From an uncultured Acidobacteriota bacterium (GTDB taxonomy: Bacteria; Acidobacteriota; JAQAZP01), in the NCBI GenBank assembly GCA_963836075.1, contig CAWIIB010000001.1, forward strand, positions 160,001 through 224,000: a DNA stretch of 64,000 nucleotides. Reading direction: 5' to 3'. A program made the translations under genes and the position numbers. This document shows, piece by piece, positions 27,915-37,456 of this stretch. How positions within the stretch are numbered: the first letter of the stretch is position 1; the number at the start of each line of letters is the position of its first letter. A model generated the notes under the pieces. It was not told the origin of the DNA. It ran no database searches and saw only the letters and a program-made list of their open reading frames with translations.

Positions 27915-29327
27915 TCAGTCCGGCGTCTGCCCGCTGGGCAGTTCCAGGCCGTAGCGCTGCTTCACGTCGGCCCGTTTGAGCATGAAGGCGAGGAAGATCG
28001 AGATCACGCCGAGGAAGACCAGCATCAGGATCGGTTTGGTGTAATCGTAAACCGCCTCGCCGGCGTTGATCGCCTCCATGTTGCCGGCATTGGCCATGTC
28101 CAGCACTTTGCCGATGAACCAGAAGAAGAAACCCAGGCCCCAGTTCTGGATGGTGAACATGGTGGCGTAGGCCGTGCCCAGACGGCTCTCCGGCACGATC
28201 TTGGCCACCGAGGGCCACATGGCGGCGGGCACCAGGGAGAAGGCCACGCCCAGGGCCAGCAGGCCGGCGTAGCCCAGGGCCACGCTGTTGAACACCGAGA
28301 GCGAGAGGTGGGCGAAGATCAGCAGGCCCGAACCGACCATCATCAGCGAGGCGGCCTTGCCCTTGCGGTCGACGATGCTGCCGAAGATCGGGGTGAAGAA
28401 GATCGTGCCGAAGGGGATCAGGCCGGCCACCTTGGGGCCGTTGTGCAGCCAGGCGTTGACCGTGGCCATGAAACCAGCCCCTCTGAGATCGGGCAGGACC
28501 CTGGTGAAGCCGAACTTGTTCACCAGCAGGTCGGGAGCATACTGGATGAAGGGAAAGACCGCCGAGTAGAAGGTGACGCAGAGCAGGGCGACATAGATGA
28601 ACGAGGGGTTGCTGAGCAGCTTGCCCAGGTCGGAGATCTTGAACTGTTCGTCTTCGCTGGGCGCCTCGTCGGCTGCGTCGGAGATGGCCTTGCGGTCCTT
28701 GTCCAGTTTGGAGTCGAAGACCAGGTGGCTGATATAGGCCAGGATGCCGATACCGATGAGCACCGCGGAAACGGTGAAGGCGGGGGAGGGGGTGGCGCCG
28801 GCAATGTCGGCGGAGAACATGATCGCCAGCATGGAACCCAGACGGCCGAAACCTACGTTGACCCCCATGGCCAGGGCCAGCTCGTGACCCTTGAACCACT
28901 TGACCACTGTCTTGCTCACCAGGACGCAGGTGACTTCCAGGCCGATGCCGAAAAAGATCCGGCCGGCCACCATCCCGTAGAGTCGGCTGTTGACGTCTTC
29001 TCCGAACACACCGGCGGCGGACAGAGCACAGAGCACTGCTCCGAGAGCCGCCGACCCGCCAAAAAGGAAGATACAGACCTTGGGGCCGAACTTGTCCAGA
29101 ATCATCCCGCCGATGATGATGGCGCCGAGCATGTTCAACCAGGTGGTGGAACTGATGACCATGCCGAAATTGGCGTTGCTGAAGCCCCAGGCATCACGCA
29201 TCAGCTCCTGCAGCGGTGACATGAAATCCTGGAACCAGTAGGTGGCGAACATCAGCACACTGACCATCACCAGGACGGCCCAGCGAGCGCCTCGGGAATC
29301 GTTGATCGCTTTCTTTATGTGGTCCAT
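27915..29327 (-). CDS. Major facilitator superfamily transporter
   Basis: About 12 TMs, GMILDKFG, GRIFFGIG.E, KWFKGHELALAMG, G.IVDRKGK. Confidence 0.9.
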   Translation of the reverse strand: MDHIKKAINDSRGARWAVLVMVSVLMFATYWFQDFMSPLQELMRDAWGFSNANFGMVISSTTWLNMLGAIIIGGMILDKFGPKVCIFLFGGSAALGAVLCALSAAGVFGEDVNSRLYGMVAGRIFFGIGLEVTCVLVSKTVVKWFKGHELALAMGVNVGFGRLGSMLAIMFSADIAGATPSPAFTVSAVLIGIGILAYISHLVFDSKLDKDRKAISDAADEAPSEDEQFKISDLGKLLSNPSFIYVALLCVTFYSAVFPFIQYAPDLLVNKFGFTRVLPDLRGAGFMATVNAWLHNGPKVAGLIPFGTIFFTPIFGSIVDRKGKAASLMMVGSGLLIFAHLSLSVFNSVALGYAGLLALGVAFSLVPAAMWPSVAKIVPESRLGTAYATMFTIQNWGLGFFFWFIGKVLDMANAGNMEAINAGEAVYDYTKPILMLVFLGVISIFLAFMLKRADVKQRYGLELPSGQTPD

Positions 29328-29482
29328 CTTCCCCTCGAACTGTGGTGGTTGACATACACCGCGACGCACGCACGCAGATACGACAGTGTCCCATTATCGT
29401 AGAATCGTGCAGTCATTCCGGACAAGGATTTCCCAGATACCGACCCGATCAAATAGCAACAAATCATGAAGACGATTGCAGC

Positions 29483-29511
29483 ATTTTACATCAAGAGCGA
29501 ACGAATCACAA
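29483..29511 (-). promoter_or_regulatory. Putative promoter for the MFS gene
   Basis: Minus strand TTGTGA-N17-TAAAAT. Confidence 0.5.
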
Positions 29512-29532
29512 TGGAATCGGCTGGCGCGGCGG

Positions 29533-29561
29533 TTGACAGGGTGGAGTCTCAATCGTATCGT
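29533..29561 (+). promoter_or_regulatory. Putative promoter for ogt
   Basis: TTGACA-N17-TATCGT. Confidence 0.55.
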
Positions 29562-29614
29562 TGGGAGGTATCACTGTCGCGGGGTGGGATTCCTTTCCGA
29601 AACAGGTGACGGCC

Positions 29615-30163
29615 ATGCGCAATTTCTTCAAACTGGGGAAAACCATCAGGCCGGCGGTCACCTATGCTTTCATTGAGACCGAGTTGGGGGAAATGGCCGC
29701 GGCGGCCACCGCCAAAGGCGTCTGCAGGCTCCAGCTGCGCAGCGCCGGGTCCCACGATGCCTTTGTGGAGGCCTTGCAGGCCGATCACCCCGGACTGCCG
29801 GTGCGCAAGTCGCCAAAAGCGTTCAACGAGTTGAGACGGCAGTTGGCGGCGTACCTCGGTGGACGGCTGCAGGAATTCTCCGTCTCCCTCGACCCCCACG
29901 GCACCGGCTTTCGCCGGGCGGTCTGGGATCAGACCCTGCGGATACCCTATGGCCACACCGTCACCTACGGGGAACTGGCCAGCCGCCTGGGCCAGGGCCG
30001 GTCAGCCAGCCGGGCGGTGGGCAACGCCCTGGGGGCCAACCCTCTGCCGATCCTGATCCCCTGTCACAGAGTGCTGGGCAGCAACGGACAGCTCACCGGA
30101 TACAGCGGGGGACTGGCCATCAAGACACGCTTGCTGCGAATCGAGGGGTCGTTGCTCCTCTGA
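29615..30163 (+). CDS. ogt: Methylated-DNA--protein-cysteine S-methyltransferase
   Basis: GT.F...VW, IPYG.T.TYG, RAVG.A...NP, IPCHRV active site. Confidence 0.93.
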   Translation: MRNFFKLGKTIRPAVTYAFIETELGEMAAAATAKGVCRLQLRSAGSHDAFVEALQADHPGLPVRKSPKAFNELRRQLAAYLGGRLQEFSVSLDPHGTGFRRAVWDQTLRIPYGHTVTYGELASRLGQGRSASRAVGNALGANPLPILIPCHRVLGSNGQLTGYSGGLAIKTRLLRIEGSLLL

Positions 30164-30170
30164 CCCCGGT

Positions 30171-31160
30171 TCAACCATCCAGCTGCCCGGTGAGCCACTG
30201 CACCGACCGGTGGATCATCGCCGGGGTCACCTCGTGGCCGCATCCTTCAACGATTTCCAGACAGAGGTGGCCTGCCGAGCCGCAGCGCCGGCAGGCTTCA
30301 CCCGCCGCGCGCACCGCGTCACGGGCGCCGTCCACCGGTGAGGTCTCATCCAGGTCGCCGTTGAGAAAGAGGAAGGGGCGGGGCGCGATGAGCGAAAGGA
30401 GGCCGGGAACCCCGATGGTTGCGGCGCGGGGCACGAAGTAGTAGATGCCGTGGCGCTGCAGGACACCCTGGCGGGCCATGGCGCGGTAGGTGGAGAGGCA
30501 GCAGAGGCCCACGCCGGCGGCGATGCGGCGGTCCAGGGCCGCCAGCCACCACCCGGCGGTGGAACCCATGGAAAAACCGAAGCAGCCGATGCGCCGCGAG
30601 TCGATACCCGGGAGGGTCTCCAGCAGGTCCAGGGCCCGCACCTGGTCCCAGAGCATGCGGCCCCAGAGGGTGGTGCCCTGCAACAGGTGCCACCTGGCGG
30701 ACTCGCGCTCAAGTTCACCGGAACGTTCACCGAAACAGCGGAAATCAGCGGCGAATACCGTGAATCCCGCGTCCAGCAGTTGGGGCGCGAGGCCCGGTGG
30801 AACGCGTTTCTTGCCCAGCAGGGCTTCGTTGCGGCCGATGGAATAGTCGCCCGAGTGTGAGTGCAGGTAGAGCACGGCGGGCCGGCCGCGGTCGCCACCG
30901 GCCACCCGGGGATCTGATCCGGGCGGAACGAGTATCCAGGCCGGCACGCTGACCTCCGGCTCCGCGCGGTAGAGGAGGTCGTGGCGCTGCCAGGGAACCT
31001 GCCGCTGGCCCACCATGCTCACTCCCTTTTCGCAGGCGGTCCACTGCATCTCCGGCGGACCCGAATCAGGACGCCCGCCGAGCATCTGCCACAGCATCTC
31101 CACCCGGCTGGAACGGTCGTCCACTGCGGGTCCGTCGGGTGCTGCCGGTATCCTGTCCAT
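30171..31160 (-). CDS. Alpha/beta hydrolase (dienelactone hydrolase / acetylxylan esterase-like)
   Basis: DFRCFGER, GFSMG nucleophile elbow, LIAPRP, GD.D, GH. Confidence 0.8.
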   Translation of the reverse strand: MDRIPAAPDGPAVDDRSSRVEMLWQMLGGRPDSGPPEMQWTACEKGVSMVGQRQVPWQRHDLLYRAEPEVSVPAWILVPPGSDPRVAGGDRGRPAVLYLHSHSGDYSIGRNEALLGKKRVPPGLAPQLLDAGFTVFAADFRCFGERSGELERESARWHLLQGTTLWGRMLWDQVRALDLLETLPGIDSRRIGCFGFSMGSTAGWWLAALDRRIAAGVGLCCLSTYRAMARQGVLQRHGIYYFVPRAATIGVPGLLSLIAPRPFLFLNGDLDETSPVDGARDAVRAAGEACRRCGSAGHLCLEIVEGCGHEVTPAMIHRSVQWLTGQLDG

Positions 31161-31182
31161 CCCTCTCTCCCTCCGCGGTGTG

Positions 31183-32949
31183 TCAGACACAGGCGGCAAT
31201 CAGTTGCTCCGCCGAATCGCGGCCCAGGGCCGGGACCGTCTGGCCGTCAAGGACCTGGCGCAGCCACAACTCGGTGGAAATGCGGCTGTAGAGCGAGCGG
31301 TCGAACTCCCCGCGGCTCACCTCCGGGGGGCGCAACAGGCCGGCCATCTCCCGGCGTTCAAAAGCCTCCCCCAGCTCTCCGGCCCACTGCCGCAGTTCCC
31401 CGGTAAACCAGTCGGAGATGGGGACCACCAGCCCCAGTTTGTCCGTGCGGTGGATCACGGCGTCGGGCACGATCCCCCGTGCGGCGCGGCGCAGAATATA
31501 CTTGGTGGTCAGCTCCCGGACCTTCATCTCCGGGGGCAGCCGGAAAGCGAATTCGACGATGCGGTGGTCGAGAAACGGGGTGCGGTTTTCCAGGCCGAAG
31601 GCCGAAGCCGCCCGGTCGTTCATGGTGATCAGCGGGGGCAGGTTGATGGCGATATCACAGGCGCCCATCTGATCGATGAGGTGCCGCCGGCCGGCAAAGA
31701 GCTCGCGCACCGTCTGCAGGGTGGAACCGTCAGAGGGTTCGCCGCGCCGGATCATCCGGTGGTAGCGCCGGCAGGGCTCCCCGAACAGCTCCGGCCCCCA
31801 GAACCAGCGGGCCAGCGAGTGGTAGTTGCGCAGTTCCGCCCGACGGCCCAGACGATCCTCCTCCAGCATCAGCAGGTAGCGGACGTAGCCCCCGAACAGC
31901 TCGTCGGCACCCTGGCCGCCCAGCACCACCTTGACCTGACGGCTGGCCAGCGCGGCCAGGGAGAATTCGGCGATGCTGGACGCCGTGGCGGCGGGCTGGT
32001 CCAGATGGTGCAGAATCCTGGGGTAGAAGGAACGGAAGGCCGCGGGGCTCGGTTCGATCAGTTCGTGGCGGGCGCCGGCATGCCGGGCCACCAGGGCGGC
32101 ATAGCCGGATTCGTCATAGGCCGGGCCGTGGGGAAAGCGGCAGCTGAAGACCACTTCCGGCCGGGCCAGGCAGGTGATCAGGCTCGAATCGAGACCGCCG
32201 CTGAGAAAAGCGCCCACCGGGACATCGCTGCGCAGCCGGAGGCGCACGGCGTCTTCGATGAGCCAGCGCAGTTCCTCCACGTACTGATCTTCACTGCGCG
32301 TCTGGTCCGCTTCCTGCGGCAGTTCCCGGTACCGGCTGCCGCTGAGCTGTTCTCCGTCCCAGGAGAGGGTGTGCCCGGGCTGCAGGGCGAAAATCTCGCT
32401 GAACAGGGTGCTGCCGCCGGTGGTGGTTTCGAAGACGAGGAAGTCCTCGTCAAACCGCGGTTGGCATCGCACCTCGGCCAAAATGCTTTTGATTTCCGAA
32501 GCAAAAATCAGCCGTTGACCGTCGAGGCAGTAGTAGAGCGGTTTTTCACCCATGCGGTCCCGGGCCAGCCAGAGGCGATGGCCGTCATGCAGGGCGAAGG
32601 CGAACATGCCGTTGAACTGCCGCAGGCATTCCTCACCCCACTCCTCGTAAGCGTGGATGATCACTTCGCTGTCGGTGGCGCTGCGGAAGCGGTGTCCCCG
32701 TGCTTCCAGGTCCTGCCGCAGTTCCAGATAGTTGAAGATCAGCCCGTTGAACACCAGGGCCAGGGAGCGGTCTTCATTGAAGATCGGCTGGCTGCCGCCG
32801 TGGGGGTCGATGACGATCAGGCGGCGGCTGCCCATTTTCACCGGCCCACTCTGGTGGAAGCCCTCCTCGTCCGGCCCGCGGTGCGCCAGCAGTCGGGTCA
32901 TCCGCCGGATATCCCCTTCATCGCCCCAGATTCCAGCAATGCCGCACAT
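31183..32949 (-). CDS. asnB: Asparagine synthase-like glutamine amidotransferase
   Basis: N-terminal MCGIAG, HRGPD, RDRMGEKPLYY, LSGGLDSS, GQGADELFGGY, RTPFLD. Confidence 0.92.
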   Translation of the reverse strand: MCGIAGIWGDEGDIRRMTRLLAHRGPDEEGFHQSGPVKMGSRRLIVIDPHGGSQPIFNEDRSLALVFNGLIFNYLELRQDLEARGHRFRSATDSEVIIHAYEEWGEECLRQFNGMFAFALHDGHRLWLARDRMGEKPLYYCLDGQRLIFASEIKSILAEVRCQPRFDEDFLVFETTTGGSTLFSEIFALQPGHTLSWDGEQLSGSRYRELPQEADQTRSEDQYVEELRWLIEDAVRLRLRSDVPVGAFLSGGLDSSLITCLARPEVVFSCRFPHGPAYDESGYAALVARHAGARHELIEPSPAAFRSFYPRILHHLDQPAATASSIAEFSLAALASRQVKVVLGGQGADELFGGYVRYLLMLEEDRLGRRAELRNYHSLARWFWGPELFGEPCRRYHRMIRRGEPSDGSTLQTVRELFAGRRHLIDQMGACDIAINLPPLITMNDRAASAFGLENRTPFLDHRIVEFAFRLPPEMKVRELTTKYILRRAARGIVPDAVIHRTDKLGLVVPISDWFTGELRQWAGELGEAFERREMAGLLRPPEVSRGEFDRSLYSRISTELWLRQVLDGQTVPALGRDSAEQLIAACV

Positions 32950-32962
32950 CAACCGGGCCTCT

Positions 32963-34318
32963 TCAGCTGTGGTCGGTATCGTCAGGTTTGTCCGTCCGTC
33001 CGGCGGTGGCATCGGCGATGACCAGCCCGGCGATCTTGCGGCCGATGGACGCTGATGCGGCCGGACCGCGGTAGCGCCGGCCGTGGGCCGCCTCGGAGGC
33101 GAGGTAGATGCCGGGTATGGGGGTGGAGGAGACCGGGGCGGCCAGTGGCGAACCGGCCACCGGTACGGGCCGGGAGCGGGTGTCCAGGGTCAGCTGGTGG
33201 CTGTTGACCCAGTGGCGGTCGAATTCGGGGTTGATTCTGTTCAGGCCGTCGAGAAACAGGTCAAGGATCTTTTCCTCGGGATAGTCCAGCGCCGGGTCGC
33301 CGCTGGAGTGCATTGCGGTGAGGTGCAGCAGGTTGCGGTTGCCGTATTGTTCCGGATTGACCCACGCCGTGTGCTCCACCAGCTCGGAGAAGGGCAGGTC
33401 CCCGTCGCAGACCAGCAGGCGGTGCAGCTGACCGAAGGGGCGGTCAAGTTCCAGGGTCAGCCGGATCAGCGACTGGAAGGGAAGGACTTCCAGCCTTTCG
33501 AAGAACGATTCGGGAAGACCGGGAGACAGGGCACGGATATGGTCCGGGCGCTGGGTGAGGACCACCGCGCTGGTGTCCACCACCTGCCCCTCGATGAAGA
33601 CTCCCATCAGGCCGGCGGAGGAGGTGAGCACTTCCTGGACCTGCCGGCCGTACAGCACACGGCCTCCCTGTTCTTCGATCCGCCGTTGCAGCCGTTCAGC
33701 CAGGACCCGCAGACCACCGGCGAGATAGGCCGATGTGCCGTCGCCGGACGTGCGGGGCTCTGTGATCCGCGCCAGGCGCCGGGCCATCCAGGCGGCCGAT
33801 ACCCGGGCCGCCTTCTTGCCCCAGAAACCGTGGAGCACGGGGTTCCAGAGGGCGGCCGTGGCATCCTTGCCGCACCGCTTCTCCAGCCAGCGTTCCGCCG
33901 GCAGGTCTTCGGATGCGGCTGCCGGGTCGTCGCGCAGCAGGCGGGACCACTGGCGAATGAGGCGGATGCGCCGAACCAGGCCCAGCGCACTGAATCCCAG
34001 CAGGCTGCGCGGGCGGTCCAGCATCTGGATACCGCCGTTGATGAAGAGGCCAAAGCTGTCGGGATGCCATTCCAGCAAGGTCCGGGCATCCAGCTGGTCA
34101 AGCAGCTCCAGCAGGTCGGTGTCGCTGTTCAGCACAGGGTCGAACTCCGGTTCCACCACTATTCCGCCAAAGGGGATCAGCCCCTCGGCCCCGGCAAAAT
34201 CCTCCGCCGATTCGTAGACGGTTACCGGTATTCCCGCACTGGCCACATGGTAGCCGGTCACCAGACCGGTGAGCCCGGCGCCGACGATCACGGCGTGGTT
34301 CTGTTCAGCTCCGGCCAT
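32963..34318 (-). CDS. FAD-dependent oxidoreductase (HemY/amine-oxidase-like, glycan-locus type)
   Basis: VIVGAGLTGL dinucleotide-binding motif, YLAGG, VEHT; several motifs are divergent. Confidence 0.7.
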   Translation of the reverse strand: MAGAEQNHAVIVGAGLTGLVTGYHVASAGIPVTVYESAEDFAGAEGLIPFGGIVVEPEFDPVLNSDTDLLELLDQLDARTLLEWHPDSFGLFINGGIQMLDRPRSLLGFSALGLVRRIRLIRQWSRLLRDDPAAASEDLPAERWLEKRCGKDATAALWNPVLHGFWGKKAARVSAAWMARRLARITEPRTSGDGTSAYLAGGLRVLAERLQRRIEEQGGRVLYGRQVQEVLTSSAGLMGVFIEGQVVDTSAVVLTQRPDHIRALSPGLPESFFERLEVLPFQSLIRLTLELDRPFGQLHRLLVCDGDLPFSELVEHTAWVNPEQYGNRNLLHLTAMHSSGDPALDYPEEKILDLFLDGLNRINPEFDRHWVNSHQLTLDTRSRPVPVAGSPLAAPVSSTPIPGIYLASEAAHGRRYRGPAASASIGRKIAGLVIADATAGRTDKPDDTDHS

Positions 34319-34368
34319 CGGTTTCACTCCTGCCTCAAGTGGTTCCTGGGTTCCTGTTCCGGGGACTC

Positions 34369-34713
34369 TCAGTGATAATCGTGGGTGCCGAGGATCACCG
34401 GGAGTCCGAGTTTGGCTTCGAGCATGGCGGCCAGCTCCGCCGGTTCAAAATAGGGGCAGCCGGGTTTGGCGTTGGCCAGGCAGGAGGAGAGGTGCACCAC
34501 GTCAGGGTTGGTCTGCGACAGCTTGACCATCATTCCGGCGTTGGCGGCCGTGCTTCTCCCGGGGCAGACGCACTTCAGGAAGCCCACCACCTGGTGGGTC
34601 TGGGAGAATGTCCCTTCGCCCAGTGCTGCCGCCTTGAGACAGCGCCACTCTCCGGGACAACCGTAGCCGTTGTCCATGTATGCCCCGCACCCCACGATCA
34701 ATGCCCTTGTCAT
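34369..34713 (-). CDS. CGGC-domain Cys-rich metal-binding protein
   Basis: C..CPG...C, C.CPG, VHLSSC, CP, terminal GTH; SD GGAGGAG. Confidence 0.78.
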   Translation of the reverse strand: MTRALIVGCGAYMDNGYGCPGEWRCLKAAALGEGTFSQTHQVVGFLKCVCPGRSTAANAGMMVKLSQTNPDVVHLSSCLANAKPGCPYFEPAELAAMLEAKLGLPVILGTHDYH

Positions 34714-34801
34714 CGTCTCCTCCAGGCCGCCATCCCACCGCACCGCGGACCCGGGGGACGGATGGTCTCGTCAAGGTGCCCGGGTGTCCGCGGTGACGCG
34801 A

Positions 34802-36298
34802 TCAGCGACGGGATCTGAACTGCGCACCATAACCGGTGATCTCTTCCCACGTGAGTTCGCCAAGGAAAAACAGGCCGACCAAGTATACCAGACCCTGCGC
34901 CGCGTATGCCAGGATCAGCAACCAGCCGTCCTGGGGCAGAAGCGGGCTCAGGGCCACGGCCGGCACGGCGGCCAGCAGTATCCGCAGCGGGGGCAGCACC
35001 AGCTGGCGAACGCCGAAAAACCGGGAGAGACAGGCCTGGCCCGCAAGAAAAGCGGCGCCACCGGTGAGCAGGGTGGAGAGCGCGGCCCCGGAGAGCCCAA
35101 GCAGGGGAATCAGCCGGCCGGTCAGGGCGATCTGGGCCGTCAGCAGAGCCAGGTTGATGACGATCACCAGGCCCAAACGGCCGTCGGCGCTGAGGGCGGC
35201 GCCGGAGATCAGTCCGAAGGAGAGCAGGGTGTAGCCGGCGATGAGGACGGCGAGCAGCGGACCCGAGTGGTGTGGAGAATAGGCCTCGGAAAAGGTGAGG
35301 CGCATCAGGCCGCTGGCGCTGGTTGCGCAGAAGAAGACCAGAGGAACAGCCACCAGCAGGAAGAGCCTGGAGGCCTCTTGCAGCTGGAGGCGGGCCCTTG
35401 ACCCGTCACCGGCGGCCAGGACCCTGGACAGTCCGGGGAAGATGACCACCGACAGCCCCATGAAGATGAAGTAGGGTGTGCGGGCCATGTTCCAGACGGC
35501 GGTGTACAGCCCCACTTCGCCGTCCTCGGAAACCAGCCGTTCCACCATCCAGAGGTCGACGCTGATCAGGGCATTATAGAGCAGCACTCCGCCAACCAGG
35601 GGCAACGCATAGGAGACCAGGGATCGTGCCGGGTATGACCCGGTTGGGGGAAGGCGGCCACAGTCCCGGGAGACCAGTACGCGGGCCAGAACCAGGGCGG
35701 CCAGCGACCCGGCGGCATTGCCGATCAAAGCCCCTTCCAGGGAAAAGCCGAACAGGACCAGGGCGGTGGAGGAGAGCACTTTCGCCGCGGCGTAAAACCC
35801 GATACACCAGGACTGGCGGGCAAATCCCCGCACGCCGCGGAGGTAGCCGAGGTGGATGCTGAACATGGCGTAGAGCGGTATGTCCAGCGCGGCCAGCCGG
35901 AAAGCTCCAGCCAGTGACGGGTTGTGGAAAAGTCCGGCGGAGAACCTGGGAGCCAGGAGCCAGAAGAGGACAAAGAGCGCCGCGGCGAAAAGTGCCTCAA
36001 GCAGGAGCCCGGAGCGGAACACCGCACGTCTCCGTCCACCGTCGGTGGCGATGGCCCGGGCCACGGCGTCGGGGATCCCGGTGATCACCAGGAATTCGGC
36101 CCAGGCCAGAAATGAGATGATCACGCCATAGCGGCCGAAGACCGTGGGCCCCAGCTGCCGGGCCAGGAAGAGGGTCAGGGCGAAACCGAGGGCGGCGGCC
36201 GCCAGCTGGGCCGACACCGAATAGACAGTGCCCCGGGCCAGGCGGTCGCCGCTGGAGCCCGGAATCCCGGACGCTGGCGACCCGCGGTTCAACTGCAC
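34802..36298 (-). CDS. Wzx-like oligosaccharide flippase
   Basis: LARQLGP..FG.Y, VGLY, LIP.LG..GAA; 12-14 TMs. Confidence 0.85.
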   Translation of the reverse strand: MQLNRGSPASGIPGSSGDRLARGTVYSVSAQLAAAALGFALTLFLARQLGPTVFGRYGVIISFLAWAEFLVITGIPDAVARAIATDGGRRRAVFRSGLLLEALFAAALFVLFWLLAPRFSAGLFHNPSLAGAFRLAALDIPLYAMFSIHLGYLRGVRGFARQSWCIGFYAAAKVLSSTALVLFGFSLEGALIGNAAGSLAALVLARVLVSRDCGRLPPTGSYPARSLVSYALPLVGGVLLYNALISVDLWMVERLVSEDGEVGLYTAVWNMARTPYFIFMGLSVVIFPGLSRVLAAGDGSRARLQLQEASRLFLLVAVPLVFFCATSASGLMRLTFSEAYSPHHSGPLLAVLIAGYTLLSFGLISGAALSADGRLGLVIVINLALLTAQIALTGRLIPLLGLSGAALSTLLTGGAAFLAGQACLSRFFGVRQLVLPPLRILLAAVPAVALSPLLPQDGWLLILAYAAQGLVYLVGLFFLGELTWEEITGYGAQFRSRR

Positions 36299-37440
36299 CC
36301 CTCCCCGACAGGGGCGATCAACGTCTGGAAGTGCGAAAGGAGGCTCTTGCCGATAAGTTCCTGGGTGCAGCTGTGCCGAAATGTGTCCAGCGCGCCATGG
36401 GCGATGTGATCCAGCAGGGCGGGGTCGTCGTGGAGCCTGATGATCGCCCGGGCCAGGCTCTGCGGGTCTCCGGTAGGGCAGAGCAGCGCGTTGGTCTCGT
36501 GGACCAGCAGTTCGCGGGCCGCCGGGGTGTCGCCGGTGATCACCGGCATGCCCATGGCCAGCGCGTCAAAAACCTTGACCGGAATTCCACGATCGGTTTT
36601 CCGGGTGGTGCCGAAGATGCCCAGGCAGACGTCGGCCCGCCCGATATGCCCGGGGAGATCCTCATAGGCCACCCAGGGAATGAACTCGGTGTTGGTCAGG
36701 CCCAGTTCTCCGCTCAGCCGCTGCACCTCGGTGGTCAGTTGTCCCGACCCGACGATTTCGAACATGATCCGCGGATTCCGCCGCTGAACCTCCGCGGCGG
36801 CCCTGACGATCACCGGGACCCCCTGGAGCGGGGTGAACTTGCCGTAAAAAAAAACGCGGAACGGGCGTTCGCCAGCGGTTCGGGGACGGGGGCTGAAGGT
36901 GGCTTCGTCGGCGCCCAGCCGGACGGTGGCAAAGCGCCCGGCCGGGATACCGAATTCGCTGGAAAAGAACTTCACATAGGTGGAGGTTTCCAGGACGATC
37001 AGCTGCGCCAGACGCAGCGCCAGCTTGTCCAGGTGCCAGGCCAGGCGGCCGCGGAAGGAACGGCCGGAGAACATCCTGCGGTCGGTGACCACCGTCTCGT
37101 AAAGCGAAACCACCGGACTGTAGACCAGCGGACGGCGGCGCAGCCGGGCCAGCGGAGCGGCCAGCAGCATGTCGAGGTAGCCCATGTAGCCCACCACCAT
37201 TACGTCGTATTCCACGTGGCGGTGGCGGAGCAGCAGCCGCCAGTAGGCGCGCAGGACGCGCAGTGCCGTGCGGAACAGGGCCAGCGGGCTGGTGAAGGAG
37301 GAGCCGGTCTTGTCCCGGGTCAGTTCCCAGAGCGGTTCGTGGCACTCCTCCACGGTGGCGCCGGCCTGCCGCAGGCCGGCGATGAGGGTGGTGTTGCGAG
37401 GAAAGAGACGTTCGTACGTTCCAAAACAGAGGACCCGCAT
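36289..37440 (-). CDS. GT4-family glycosyltransferase
   Basis: FYGKF.PLQG, ADVCLGIFG, KVFDALAMG.PVIT. Confidence 0.88.
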   Translation of the reverse strand: MRVLCFGTYERLFPRNTTLIAGLRQAGATVEECHEPLWELTRDKTGSSFTSPLALFRTALRVLRAYWRLLLRHRHVEYDVMVVGYMGYLDMLLAAPLARLRRRPLVYSPVVSLYETVVTDRRMFSGRSFRGRLAWHLDKLALRLAQLIVLETSTYVKFFSSEFGIPAGRFATVRLGADEATFSPRPRTAGERPFRVFFYGKFTPLQGVPVIVRAAAEVQRRNPRIMFEIVGSGQLTTEVQRLSGELGLTNTEFIPWVAYEDLPGHIGRADVCLGIFGTTRKTDRGIPVKVFDALAMGMPVITGDTPAARELLVHETNALLCPTGDPQSLARAIIRLHDDPALLDHIAHGALDTFRHSCTQELIGKSLLSHFQTLIAPVGEGCS

Positions 37441-37456
37441 GTGCTGCCCCCGGTGG

